A stretch of DNA of 64,000 bases from a virus (lineage: Duplodnaviria; Caudoviricetes): the IMG/VR virus record IMGVR_UViG_3300017766_003100, positions 32,001-96,000 of that record; one strand, given 5' to 3'. Shown one piece after another: positions 27,209 to 37,602 of the stretch. The stretch's first letter is position 1, and each line of letters opens with the position of its first letter. The notes beneath the pieces were generated by a model that saw only the letters and a list, made by a program, of their open reading frames with translations, ran no database searches and had not been told where the DNA came from. Made by a program: the position numbers and the translations under genes.

Positions 27209-29542
27209 ATGTCATATCAAAATATAAATCAATTTAATCGTAATAATCTATTTCCAACTTTGAGTTTGGATACTTACGATATGTCTTTAACAACTGATGA
27301 ATTGGGATTCAATCAGGAGGTAGTTTTTTCTCCGTATTTAATTGCTCAAACATTTGGTAATAGATTGCCTTTTTATTTTAATCTGAATAGTTCTGCAACA
27401 ACACAAAACCTAAATTTAACTTATAAAAATTACAATTTTAATAATATATTTGTATCTGAAAATTACTACAACCCAAAAGAAGAAATATTAAGTTGTGAAT
27501 TATCAGGAACATCTTGTGATATTGGGTTGACAGGTATTGACAATGGTTTGGTGACTGGTATGACTGGTGAAACAATTATTTTTACTGAAGGATTATTACC
27601 AAACAATTTAATGTTTAATCGTTATTACTATGATAGACGATTAAAATTACATCAAGTTACTGGATTTACTTCAAGTAATGTAATGTTTTCAGGATTTAAC
27701 AAAAATATTTTATATGAAGTTGTAAGTAAGAATGACCCTTATGTTGGTTATTATCACGAACTTTATGGTGGGTTCTATCAAGGATTTTATCGTTTGTTTG
27801 GATATGATTATAATATTTTTCCTGAAAGGATGAATAAGGGATGGTCAATTGAAATGATATTGAAACCAAGATTAATTAATGAATATTCTGGAACAACGGG
27901 TGAAACCACATTAAACGAAATATATCCAAATAATAAGAACTTTTTCTTTTATATTGGTACAAGAGCTGAAAATAAATTTTATCATCACGCTGATGGAAGT
28001 CCAATTTGCACAAGTGGTTATACGAGAGTAACATCAGGTTTAACTGGATTATCAACTTGTGCTTGTTGTGATTATAATGTTACAAATAGTAGATGTATCT
28101 ATGTTTACCCTCCACGTTCAGTTAATGGAGTTCACGACCCCCATGTGAATTATGGTTGTGATAAATGTGGTGGAAATTCTCATACTAAAATAACTTGTGG
28201 TTGTGGTTGTAATGATTTACCTTGTCAGACTTGTGGGTGGGAATGTCAAACACATACTTGTGGCACAATAATTCAAGTCACTCCAACACCTACACCAACA
28301 CCATCACCAACTCCATTTTGTGACCCATTTCCACCTCAAACAACTTGTACACCAACTTGTACTAATTGTGAAAATTGCACAGATTGTAACGATTGTACTT
28401 CAGGATTCACATCAATTGAAGATACTTGTGAAAAGAATCCATTATTGGATACGATGAGTAATTCTTTGGGTATTAGATTATGTGGTGACCCTAAAAATCC
28501 TGGTATTGGTATTAGATTTTTAAGATTTACTGGAGGATGTGAAGTTAGCGGTACTTGTACGACAGGATTAACATATGAGACAGGTTATACTATAACTGAT
28601 ATTTGTACACCACCAATCTATCCTGATTGTGAAAAAATTAATCCAGCTTGGTTAGAAGAAGAACATTGGTTTCAGGTTGATGTTGTTTGGGAAAGGTATA
28701 ACTTTTTGGATGAATGTGATTTATTTTGGAGAGGTGGTTTAGGTGATATTACTAAAAAACTTTATTTGGAAAGTTTGGCAAATAATACGGTATCATTAAT
28801 TGAACCTCCATATACAAGAGGAGAATCCGCATTACAAGTTGAATTAATTAACTTAAATGAAAAATGGTTAATTGATGGAAAAAATAGATTGGGCAGATTG
28901 AAAATTTATATCAATGGTAAAATATTTTATACAATTGAAAATTTTGAAGAGATAATCCCAAGGGCATTAAATACGGATAAGGAAAAACAAGTTGGTGTGC
29001 CATTTAATATTTCTTGGGGTGGTGGTACTCAAGGATTAAGAGAGAATTTAACGTTCTCATCAATGACACAACCATACGGTCCTTATATTCAAGACCCTGA
29101 ATGTTTTCCAATTAATGATTTAAGTGGTACAACTTTAAGTGGTTTAAACACAAATATATTAATCGAACAAAATTTTGCGGGTACATTTGAGGGGGCAATA
29201 TCTCAGTTTAGAATGTATGTTTCACCATTATCAGCACCTGAAGTGAAACATAATTTCTTATTATTAAAAAATCCATTTGGGATGTTTAATCCTGATTGTC
29301 CTGATTGTTCAACAATTGTTTGTGAGGTAAATGATTTAACGTACACAATTACAGAATTGTCACCAACACCAACGCCAACTAATACACCAACAACGACACC
29401 TAGACCAACACCATCAGTGACACCAACGAATACGGTGACACCAACAATGACTGTTACACCATCACATACACCAAGACCAACAAGAACACCTACAAAAACA
29501 CCAACACCAACTCCAACACCGAGTAAAAGTATTTGTGTCTAA
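27209..29542 (+). CDS. Virion protein with LamG/concanavalin-like fold, Cys-rich insert and Pro/Thr tail (777 aa)
   Basis: WSIEMILKP...LKIYING...FEGAISQFRMY..PLSAPEV (LamG-like); Cys-rich insert; C-terminal PT repeats. Confidence 0.6.
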   Translation: MSYQNINQFNRNNLFPTLSLDTYDMSLTTDELGFNQEVVFSPYLIAQTFGNRLPFYFNLNSSATTQNLNLTYKNYNFNNIFVSENYYNPKEEILSCELSGTSCDIGLTGIDNGLVTGMTGETIIFTEGLLPNNLMFNRYYYDRRLKLHQVTGFTSSNVMFSGFNKNILYEVVSKNDPYVGYYHELYGGFYQGFYRLFGYDYNIFPERMNKGWSIEMILKPRLINEYSGTTGETTLNEIYPNNKNFFFYIGTRAENKFYHHADGSPICTSGYTRVTSGLTGLSTCACCDYNVTNSRCIYVYPPRSVNGVHDPHVNYGCDKCGGNSHTKITCGCGCNDLPCQTCGWECQTHTCGTIIQVTPTPTPTPSPTPFCDPFPPQTTCTPTCTNCENCTDCNDCTSGFTSIEDTCEKNPLLDTMSNSLGIRLCGDPKNPGIGIRFLRFTGGCEVSGTCTTGLTYETGYTITDICTPPIYPDCEKINPAWLEEEHWFQVDVVWERYNFLDECDLFWRGGLGDITKKLYLESLANNTVSLIEPPYTRGESALQVELINLNEKWLIDGKNRLGRLKIYINGKIFYTIENFEEIIPRALNTDKEKQVGVPFNISWGGGTQGLRENLTFSSMTQPYGPYIQDPECFPINDLSGTTLSGLNTNILIEQNFAGTFEGAISQFRMYVSPLSAPEVKHNFLLLKNPFGMFNPDCPDCSTIVCEVNDLTYTITELSPTPTPTNTPTTTPRPTPSVTPTNTVTPTMTVTPSHTPRPTRTPTKTPTPTPTPSKSICV
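29359..29523 (+). repeat. Pro/Thr (PT/PTxT) peptide repeat
   Basis: [55 protein letters not shown]. Confidence 0.9.
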
Positions 29543-29587
29543 TTTTCTTAATCTTAGTATTTATCTAAAATGTGATTTTTAAGAAAT

Positions 29588-30514
29588 ATGACATCAATTA
29601 TAATTCAAAGTGTTAATTATTCAGGGGAAAGTGCAAGTATTGTTTTTACTCCACATAATTCGAATATTCCAATTAATTTGGGTGTTCAAGTATTACCTTA
29701 TTTGTTCGACCCAAGTTTATTAACACCACCATATGATGTTTATGGTACATACACAATTTTGACATTAAATTCAAGTTGTCCATTAATTCTTAATGTACCA
29801 GCACCAACTTCTACACCAACACCAACAATTACACCGACAAGAACTTCAACACCAACTCCAACTCCAACGGTGACACCAACACCGACTTTTGACCCGTGTA
29901 AAGTTCCATCACCTACACCAACACCAACACAGACTGCGACACCTACTCCGACTATATCGATAACACCAACAGTAACACCATCGTTAAATCCTTGTGTTAC
30001 TCCATCTAAATCACCTGGTGTAACTAAAACACCTACACCTACACCAACTGTGACACCAACTAATACGGTAACACCAACTGTTACTCCAACGGTAACTCCG
30101 ACAGTGACACCGACAAAAACAAGTACACCAACACCTACTAAAACAAGTACACCAACTCCAACACCATCACCAGGTGCACCTGAAACACCAAAGATTTATT
30201 GGGGTAAATTTAGTGGAGGTACTATTACTAGTGGTGATACAATTTTATTGTCAAGTGGTTATACTTCTAATCCAACAAATACTTATAGAAGTATTCCAAG
30301 TGGTTTCGCTTATGGTTATATTCTAATACCAACTGGTTTAACACAACCATCAGAATTTAGAAATAGTAATGTAGGTTGTTCAGGTAGTAATATACCATTT
30401 AACAATATAGGTACGATAATCATAGTAGACGCTAACGGATTTAGCATAACATATAATGTTTACAGAACTTTCTTCCAAATCACTGATGGTTTCGATGTAT
30501 GGTTATGTAGTTAA
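29588..30514 (+). CDS. Mucin-like Pro/Thr-rich virion protein (308 aa)
   Basis: About 125-aa PT region between two small beta domains; GTATTTAT at 29557-29564. Confidence 0.7.
   Translation: MTSIIIQSVNYSGESASIVFTPHNSNIPINLGVQVLPYLFDPSLLTPPYDVYGTYTILTLNSSCPLILNVPAPTSTPTPTITPTRTSTPTPTPTVTPTPTFDPCKVPSPTPTPTQTATPTPTISITPTVTPSLNPCVTPSKSPGVTKTPTPTPTVTPTNTVTPTVTPTVTPTVTPTKTSTPTPTKTSTPTPTPSPGAPETPKIYWGKFSGGTITSGDTILLSSGYTSNPTNTYRSIPSGFAYGYILIPTGLTQPSEFRNSNVGCSGSNIPFNNIGTIIIVDANGFSITYNVYRTFFQITDGFDVWLCS
29800..30182 (+). repeat. Long Pro/Thr peptide repeat including tandem PTVT units
   Basis: ...[48 protein letters not shown]. Confidence 0.95.
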
Positions 30515-30527
30515 AATAAAATAATTA

Positions 30528-33500
30528 ATGGGTTCTTTTAGTTTATCAGGTGGTGTTGAAGTTTTTGGTTTTATTTCTCCCAGTAATACCACAGACCAAT
30601 ATCCAGTTATTGACCCCTTATATGGTATTGATGGTTTAAGAAACGTTAATACTTTAAGTGACTTAAATTTAATTCCAACACTTAGAAGAAGGGCTGGTAT
30701 GATTGTGGGTGTAAGTGGAGGAACAACATACTATAAACTTAATTCCCCACCTTGGTCTTTAACATTATCAGATTGGACTATATTCAATTCTGGTAGTGGA
30801 GGTGATTTTCTTCCATTGTCAGGTGGGACTGTTAGTGGTGGAACTATATTCACAAATGGATTAACAGCAAACACATTTTCAGCAACCACATATTTGGGGT
30901 TACCCTCTGACATTTATGTGTCAGGATTCACCTATTTGGATAATATATTGACAATACAAAGAAGTTCGGGAAATCCGAATTTGTTTGTTACAATTAATGA
31001 TTTCACTGGATTAACAATTAATGGTAATTTAAATGTCACTGGAAATACAATTGTTGATGGTATTAGTGCCAATACTATTTCCGCTTCAACATATCTTAAT
31101 TTACCTATTGATGTATTCGTAACTGGTGGAACATACGATAATGTAACTGGTATTGCAACATTTACAAATAACACTGGTGGAACATTTAATATCAGTGGTT
31201 TATTCACAGGGTCAACTGATGTATTTGTTACAGGTGGAACTTATAGTGATAATACATTTACATTCACAAATAACACTGGTGGAACTTTTAATGTTTCATT
31301 TAATTCTGTATCAGGTTTAACTATAAATGGCGATTTAAATGTAACTGGAAATACGATTGTTGATGGTATTACGGCAAATACAATATCAGCAACAACATAT
31401 CAAAATTTACCAATTGACCCAGATACATATATAACCGCATTTACATACAATAATAATACATTAACCATTGATGATAATTCAGGGAATACATTTAACACAA
31501 CAATTAATGATTTCACTGGATTAACAATTAATGGAGATTTAAGTGTTACTGGTTCTTCCGTAGTTAATAGTTTAACCGCAAATACAATATCAGGTAGTTC
31601 ATACACAATTACAAATTCAACTCAAAATAATTCATTAGATGAATTTTTAGTTATAGATGGTAATGGAGATTTTTTTACTAGAAATTTCAATAGCATTAAT
31701 AAACTTGATAATACAATTACCGTTGCTTTAAGTGGTGGTAGTGCGGATTTTACATCCATTGAAAGTGCTGTAAATAGTATAACTGGTTCGTCTTCAGCTA
31801 ATACTTATGTTGTTCAAGTTGCTGGTGGAGTTTATTATGAAAATCCATTCACAATACCAACGTGGGTTTCAGTTGTTGGTGAAAGTTCAGTATCAACGAT
31901 AATTGAAGCAATTGACCCTTCTCAAACATTAATTAAATTAAGTGACCAATCGGCATTATTTGATTGTCAAGTACAAGGATGTACGGGAATTGGAGTTTCA
32001 GCAATATTATATTCATCATCAACTACACCACAATCAAGTGCAATCTCTTATGTTGAGAATGTAAGATTTGGTTCTAATTATACTCACGCCAAAGTTGTCG
32101 CTTCAAGTGGTGCTAACATCATTATGCAATGTTCCAATGTTAAGTATGGTGGTTACCCATTCACTATTGGTTTTTATGCAACAAATGATGGTAGTGGTAT
32201 TGGTAGAATGCAATTAAGAAATGTAACATCAACTAATGGTGGAATTGTTACAACAACAGGATTGATTTTTGCTAAGGCTGATGCTCAAAGTTGTGGATTT
32301 ATTGTTAATGGTTGTTTATTAACTAAAGCTGTAGGTGCTGCCGCGGGTACTGGATTTTATGTTGAAAATGGTGGGTTCTTAAGATTAACCGCTGTTAATT
32401 TTCAAAGATGGTCAGTAGGTATTGACGCACCTCAAATTGGTTCTGCTCCAAGTATAGATGCAATTGCTCTTAATTTTGAAAACAATACAATTGATGTTAA
32501 TATTGTACATTCAGGTACAACTGGTAAAATACAAGGTACGGATAATTTTTTAAAGACATTAATAAACATTAATGCCCCAATTTATGAAGTTAACCAAGAC
32601 CCAAGACAAATAACTGTAGCTAAAAAAGGTGGTGATTTTTCATCAATTAAATCAGCCGTTGATTATTTAATTGCGTCAGGTAACACATCATTATCAAATA
32701 GATTTGTTATTACTGTAGGACCTGGTTTTTTTTATGAAAATGAAATTGATTTAACTCAAACACCTTATGTAAGTATTGTTGGTAGTAATATACAAACAAC
32801 ACAAATTCTTCCAAATTCAAGTACACAACATATCTTGAAAATAGGTCAAAATAATGAAGTTTCATTTTTATCATTCTCTGGTGCAGGTTTAGGATATGCC
32901 GCAATTTATTGTTATGATATTGGGGATTTTGGTCAAGCACATAAGTGTTCATTCACAGATTGTGATACCAATGTATGGGTTGAATCGGTAACACAAGATA
33001 CCAATTTTTATGGGGAGTATTTAGATTTCAATGGTTCTTATACTTACGGAACGAAAGTAATTGCAACAAATGGTTTTGTTGCTCTTGCAAATATGGAAAA
33101 CTATTATAATTTCCCAATAGGAACTGGTATAACATATTGTAATTATGCTACAGGTAGTGGAGCAACATTAAGTATATTCGTTGGTGATAATCAATCAAAT
33201 GGTGTATCAGGTTCAACAGCTTATTACATACAAGATGGTGCTGAATTAAACGCTTCGACTATAACCATAGATGGATTTACATATGGTATTAGAAATCCAA
33301 ATATTGGTGATGGGGTAAGATTTGATGTTGACAACGCAAGTGTTATTAATGGTGAATGGGATTTATATATTGAGAGGTCAACAACTTTTGGTACATTTGG
33401 GGGTAGCTCCAATCACCAAAAAATATTCACAAATAGTTCAGACGTTTATTGGGTGTTTTTGGATATTGATGATGGTGAATTAGATATAACTAGAAAAGCA

Positions 33501-36065
33501 TCAGTAACATTTACCGATGGTTCACATACTGACTTCACTACATTGATATTTGAAGGTGGTTCAATGGGATTAATTAGTGGTGGTAGTTTGAGTGTGGTTA
33601 GTGGAACGACAATCCAAGCCGATGGTGGTTTTGGATATTTAGAAAAATCAGATAATAGTGGAATTGTTAGAAGAATTGATTGGATAAATAATCTTATAAC
33701 ATTATCTGCAAATACTGATGAATATATTTTTATAAATGAAAATAGTAATTTAAGTAGTTCTGGAACAAGACCTAATTCAGCATACAACATATTGTTGGGT
33801 AGGGTTGTAACAAATTCAACTGATGTAGAGTTCATTGATTTAAGTCCATTTAATGCTGAACATACTTCAAATAGATATGGTGACCTTTTATCAAATGCGT
33901 TAGGACCTATTTATGCTACAGGGTCAATTGTAACTGAAGGTGTTACACCATTCACACTTGATGTTACAAGTGGGGAATATTACTTTGCAACAAATCAGTT
34001 TTTACCATCAGGTGGAACTAATTTACAATTTGTACAATATTATAGAAACGGAACTGGTAGTACTTGGGTAACATCAGCAACAACTTTTGTAAATAATACA
34101 AGTTATGATAATAATGGAACACTTACAGGATTAACTACGAGTTATTTTACTAAACACACCTTGTATCTTGTTGGTGAGGGGTCATTAGAAAATTATTTTT
34201 TAGTATTAGGTCAAAATGAATATTCAACTTTACTTGCAGCTGAAAATGGTTTGTTACCCACACCACCATCATTCTTCTCAGATTCAGTAACTCAAATTGC
34301 AAACATTTATGTTCAACAAGGTGCAAGTGGTGTTACAATTATTGAAGATATTAGACCAACTATTGCATTTAGAGCTGGTGGTGTAAACGCGTCTTCAGTT
34401 CACGGAAACTTATTGGGTTTAAGTGCTGATGACCACACACAATACTTATTAGTTTCAGGAGCAAGAGCAATGTCAGGTAATCTTGATATGGGATTAAATG
34501 ACATAACTAATGTTGGTCTTGTTGATGGTGTGACAGTAAGCTCTCATGCAACAAGACATCAATTTGGTGGAGCTGACCCTGTGGGAACAACAACACCATC
34601 ACCAAATGCAATACCTTACGCTGATGTAAGTGGAACTTTGGATGATTGGATTTCAACTGGAACAACATCAACTTTAGGTAAAGTTAAATTAAGTGTTTCC
34701 CCAATATCAGCGTCAGACCCAATTGTTGTTGGTGATAATGATTTAAGAGTTACTCAAGCAATAAGTGGTGGTAGTTTCAATAATTCTACTGATACACTAA
34801 CATTAAATAGAAATGATGGTACTACATTACAAATAACTGGTTTTACTGATGTGTTTGTAACGGGTGGTACATTTAATAGTGGTAGTTTAACATTTACAAA
34901 TAATACTGGTGGTACATTTAGTGTATCAGGTATATCATCATTTGATACATTTGTCACAGGATTTACTTATTCAGATAATACATTTACAATATCTCAGAAT
35001 AGTGGTACATCGTTAACTGCAACAATTAATTCAGTAACAGGATTAACTGCGTCAACAATATCTGCAGCAACATTTAATGGGAATATTGTAGCACTAAACG
35101 GAACATCAGTTACAAATCCAACATATAGAACATCATTAGCGGGTTCTAATTTAAGTCCAAGGGCGACATTTGGTAGTGAAACAACTGCAGCTAACACACA
35201 TAGATATATTTTTGACCCAGTTAATCAAAATGGTTTAGTATTTTCTATAGCAAATAATGGTAGTGTTTATATTGCAAGAGGTGGAATTGTTGCTGGTGGT
35301 TCAGGTTCTATATCACAAGAAATTGGTGATTTAAGATTTTTTACTTTAAATTCACCTAATGCTACTTTGTTCTCAGAAAGAATGAGACTAGACCATTTTG
35401 GTAATCTTGGTATTGGTACAACATCTCCATCTGAAAAATTAGATGTTGTTGGGAAAACAAAGACATCAACATTACAAGTTACATCTGGTGCAACAAATGG
35501 GTATACTTTAATTTCAGATTCAAGTGGTAATGCTATTTGGACACCATTACCAACTTTTACAGGTGGTACTGTAACTGGTAGTACAAATTTTACAAACGGA
35601 TTAACCGCTAATACAATATCTGCAACAACATATCAAAACTTACCAATAGATGTATTCGTAACTGGAGGTACTTATTCAAATGGGGATGTTTTATTCACCA
35701 ATAATACTGGTGGAACATTTAATGTGAGTGGATTTTTTACAGGTTATACGAATGTAGTTAATTCAGTTACTGCTGGTGTAGGTTTATCAGGTGACACAAC
35801 AACTGGAGATATAACTTTAATTAATACCTCACCTGACCAAATTGTTACAATCAGTGGAGGAACTGGTATTACAACGGGAGGAACATATCCTGATTTTACA
35901 ATAACGAATTCATTACCTGACCAAGTTGTTACATTAAGTGGGGGAACTAATATTTCTATTACAGGAACTTATCCTAATTTTAATATATCATTTACAGGTT
36001 CAACAACATCAACCTTTGATTATGGTAAAACTTATGCAATATCAAATAGTTTTCAATTAATTTAA
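30528..36065 (+). CDS. Long tail fibre/appendage protein with repeat shafts and beta-helix-like domains (1845 aa)
   Basis: Repeated TANTISATTY.NLP.DVFVTGGTY and FTNNTGGTFNVSG units; two TVA..GG.DF.SI.SAV beta-helix entry motifs; GNLGIGTTSPSEKLDVVG. Confidence 0.75.
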   Translation: MGSFSLSGGVEVFGFISPSNTTDQYPVIDPLYGIDGLRNVNTLSDLNLIPTLRRRAGMIVGVSGGTTYYKLNSPPWSLTLSDWTIFNSGSGGDFLPLSGGTVSGGTIFTNGLTANTFSATTYLGLPSDIYVSGFTYLDNILTIQRSSGNPNLFVTINDFTGLTINGNLNVTGNTIVDGISANTISASTYLNLPIDVFVTGGTYDNVTGIATFTNNTGGTFNISGLFTGSTDVFVTGGTYSDNTFTFTNNTGGTFNVSFNSVSGLTINGDLNVTGNTIVDGITANTISATTYQNLPIDPDTYITAFTYNNNTLTIDDNSGNTFNTTINDFTGLTINGDLSVTGSSVVNSLTANTISGSSYTITNSTQNNSLDEFLVIDGNGDFFTRNFNSINKLDNTITVALSGGSADFTSIESAVNSITGSSSANTYVVQVAGGVYYENPFTIPTWVSVVGESSVSTIIEAIDPSQTLIKLSDQSALFDCQVQGCTGIGVSAILYSSSTTPQSSAISYVENVRFGSNYTHAKVVASSGANIIMQCSNVKYGGYPFTIGFYATNDGSGIGRMQLRNVTSTNGGIVTTTGLIFAKADAQSCGFIVNGCLLTKAVGAAAGTGFYVENGGFLRLTAVNFQRWSVGIDAPQIGSAPSIDAIALNFENNTIDVNIVHSGTTGKIQGTDNFLKTLININAPIYEVNQDPRQITVAKKGGDFSSIKSAVDYLIASGNTSLSNRFVITVGPGFFYENEIDLTQTPYVSIVGSNIQTTQILPNSSTQHILKIGQNNEVSFLSFSGAGLGYAAIYCYDIGDFGQAHKCSFTDCDTNVWVESVTQDTNFYGEYLDFNGSYTYGTKVIATNGFVALANMENYYNFPIGTGITYCNYATGSGATLSIFVGDNQSNGVSGSTAYYIQDGAELNASTITIDGFTYGIRNPNIGDGVRFDVDNASVINGEWDLYIERSTTFGTFGGSSNHQKIFTNSSDVYWVFLDIDDGELDITRKASVTFTDGSHTDFTTLIFEGGSMGLISGGSLSVVSGTTIQADGGFGYLEKSDNSGIVRRIDWINNLITLSANTDEYIFINENSNLSSSGTRPNSAYNILLGRVVTNSTDVEFIDLSPFNAEHTSNRYGDLLSNALGPIYATGSIVTEGVTPFTLDVTSGEYYFATNQFLPSGGTNLQFVQYYRNGTGSTWVTSATTFVNNTSYDNNGTLTGLTTSYFTKHTLYLVGEGSLENYFLVLGQNEYSTLLAAENGLLPTPPSFFSDSVTQIANIYVQQGASGVTIIEDIRPTIAFRAGGVNASSVHGNLLGLSADDHTQYLLVSGARAMSGNLDMGLNDITNVGLVDGVTVSSHATRHQFGGADPVGTTTPSPNAIPYADVSGTLDDWISTGTTSTLGKVKLSVSPISASDPIVVGDNDLRVTQAISGGSFNNSTDTLTLNRNDGTTLQITGFTDVFVTGGTFNSGSLTFTNNTGGTFSVSGISSFDTFVTGFTYSDNTFTISQNSGTSLTATINSVTGLTASTISAATFNGNIVALNGTSVTNPTYRTSLAGSNLSPRATFGSETTAANTHRYIFDPVNQNGLVFSIANNGSVYIARGGIVAGGSGSISQEIGDLRFFTLNSPNATLFSERMRLDHFGNLGIGTTSPSEKLDVVGKTKTSTLQVTSGATNGYTLISDSSGNAIWTPLPTFTGGTVTGSTNFTNGLTANTISATTYQNLPIDVFVTGGTYSNGDVLFTNNTGGTFNVSGFFTGYTNVVNSVTAGVGLSGDTTTGDITLINTSPDQIVTISGGTGITTGGTYPDFTITNSLPDQVVTLSGGTNISITGTYPNFNISFTGSTTSTFDYGKTYAISNSFQLI
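30990..31534 (+). repeat. 35-bp exact direct repeat within the fibre gene (30990-31024 and 31500-31534)
   Basis: ACAATTAATGATTTCACTGGATTAACAATTAATGG twice, 510 bp apart, in frame. Confidence 0.9.
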
Positions 36066-36084
36066 AATAAAAAAATAAAATAAT

Positions 36085-36504
36085 ATGCCAGCTAACACAT
36101 CACCAATTTTTACACTAACACCTGATATACAATGGACAGATGCTATGACAGTAGCAAATACCACAAAAGATTTAACATCAGGTACGATTTATTTAGTATT
36201 TACCGCAGGAGCTAATGGAGGTTATGTACAAAGAATAAGATTTAGAACCTTAGGAACAAACTCGGCAGCAACTGTCGCAAGGATTTGGATTAATAATGGA
36301 AGTACTACATCAACCTCATCTAATAATGTTTTATGGGATGAGATAACATTACCGACAACAACTAACTCAGAGGTTGCAGCACAAGCCAACTATGAACTAC
36401 CATTGAATTTTGCTTTACCTCCAAGTTACGCCATGTATGTTACTTTAGGTACCGCCCCAAATGCGGCAGGTTGGGATGCAACAATAATTGGTGGAGAATA
36501 TTAA
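36085..36504 (+). CDS. Tail-fibre-associated protein (139 aa)
   Basis: Beta-rich small protein directly after the fibre gene. Confidence 0.55.
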   Translation: MPANTSPIFTLTPDIQWTDAMTVANTTKDLTSGTIYLVFTAGANGGYVQRIRFRTLGTNSAATVARIWINNGSTTSTSSNNVLWDEITLPTTTNSEVAAQANYELPLNFALPPSYAMYVTLGTAPNAAGWDATIIGGEY

Positions 36505-36518
36505 AATATTAATTATAT

Positions 36519-36692
36519 ATGTTTACTTATGCACTTTGTGAATTTCAGTATGGTTATAATGGTCAATTTTATCAAAGAAATGATGAACTTGGTAATACAG
36601 TTTTTTTTAGTTTAGTGGGAGATATATTAGATTTAATTCCTCCTTATGGGTATTTTATTGTTGAAACTGATGTTACACCACCTTGGGTTTAA
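36519..36692 (+). CDS. 57-aa hypothetical protein (absent from ORF track)
   Basis: Manual translation MFTYALCEFQYGYNGQFYQRNDELGNTVFFSLVGDILDLIPPYGYFIVETDVTPPWV; fills the gap between co-oriented genes. Confidence 0.7.
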   Translation: MFTYALCEFQYGYNGQFYQRNDELGNTVFFSLVGDILDLIPPYGYFIVETDVTPPWV

Positions 36693-36705
36693 AAATTAAA
36701 AATAT

Positions 36706-37602
36706 ATGATTGATTATAACAACTTAGCCAATATAGATAAAAATATTTCCGTGTTCACCGCAGTAGGGGCATCGGCTTGGCAAACTTGGCAAAAACCGAG
36801 AGGTTGTAAGTTTGTATATATGTTTGTTATTGGTGGAGGTGCTGGAGGTGGTGGAGGTAGGTCAACTACAGGTAACAGAGGAGGTGGTGGTGGAGGTGGT
36901 TCTTCAGGAATAAATAAAGGTATGTTTATGGCAAATACTATACCTGATACATTGTATATAAATGTTGGGGTAGGAGGTGCAGGTGGTTCTGCGGGTGGTA
37001 CTGGAGTATCAGGTACAATTTCTTATGTATCTGTACAACCAAATACTACCGCAGTAAATGTTTTATTATATTCTAACTCATCAGTACCAACAGGAGGTGC
37101 ATCAACTGGAGGTGCGGGTAATACTGGAGGTGCAATCACAACAACTAATCAAATAATTAGTTTTGCGGGAGTTACTCAATATAGTGCAGGGTTAAATGGT
37201 GGAAATGGTGGTGCGAATACTGGAGGTGTGGGTACATCAATAGGTATGACAACAATTGTAACAGGAGGGGCTGGTGGTGGAGGTTCAAGTACTGCAAACG
37301 TAAATGGTGCTGGAGGTTCAGTTACACTTGGTACGGGTTTACCTACAATGTCAGGTGGGGCTGCAGGTGGTACAAATAATGGTATGGATGGATTTAATGG
37401 TTTTTTACCAACACAAAATAATATAATAAGTGACGCCTTTGTTTTTGGAGGAGGTGCTGGAGGTGGAGCTAATGGTACTGGAATAGGAGGAAATGGTGGA
37501 AACGGAGGATATGGATGTGGTGGTGGAGGCGGAGGAGCTGGAACAACTGCAGGTAGAGGTGGAAAAGGTGGTGATGGTTTGGTAATAATAATTTCATATT
37601 AA
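36706..37602 (+). CDS. Glycine-rich tail-fibre-like protein, copy 1 (298 aa)
   Basis: WQKPRGCK.V.MFVIGGGAGGGGG ... GYGCGGGGG...GGKGGDGLVIIISY. Confidence 0.8.
   Translation: MIDYNNLANIDKNISVFTAVGASAWQTWQKPRGCKFVYMFVIGGGAGGGGGRSTTGNRGGGGGGGSSGINKGMFMANTIPDTLYINVGVGGAGGSAGGTGVSGTISYVSVQPNTTAVNVLLYSNSSVPTGGASTGGAGNTGGAITTTNQIISFAGVTQYSAGLNGGNGGANTGGVGTSIGMTTIVTGGAGGGGSSTANVNGAGGSVTLGTGLPTMSGGAAGGTNNGMDGFNGFLPTQNNIISDAFVFGGGAGGGANGTGIGGNGGNGGYGCGGGGGGAGTTAGRGGKGGDGLVIIISY

Noticed and set aside
29800-30182. CRISPR array or DNA tandem repeat
   Set aside because: Periodicity comes from in-frame Pro/Thr codons with variable third positions; no constant repeat with unique spacers and no cas genes
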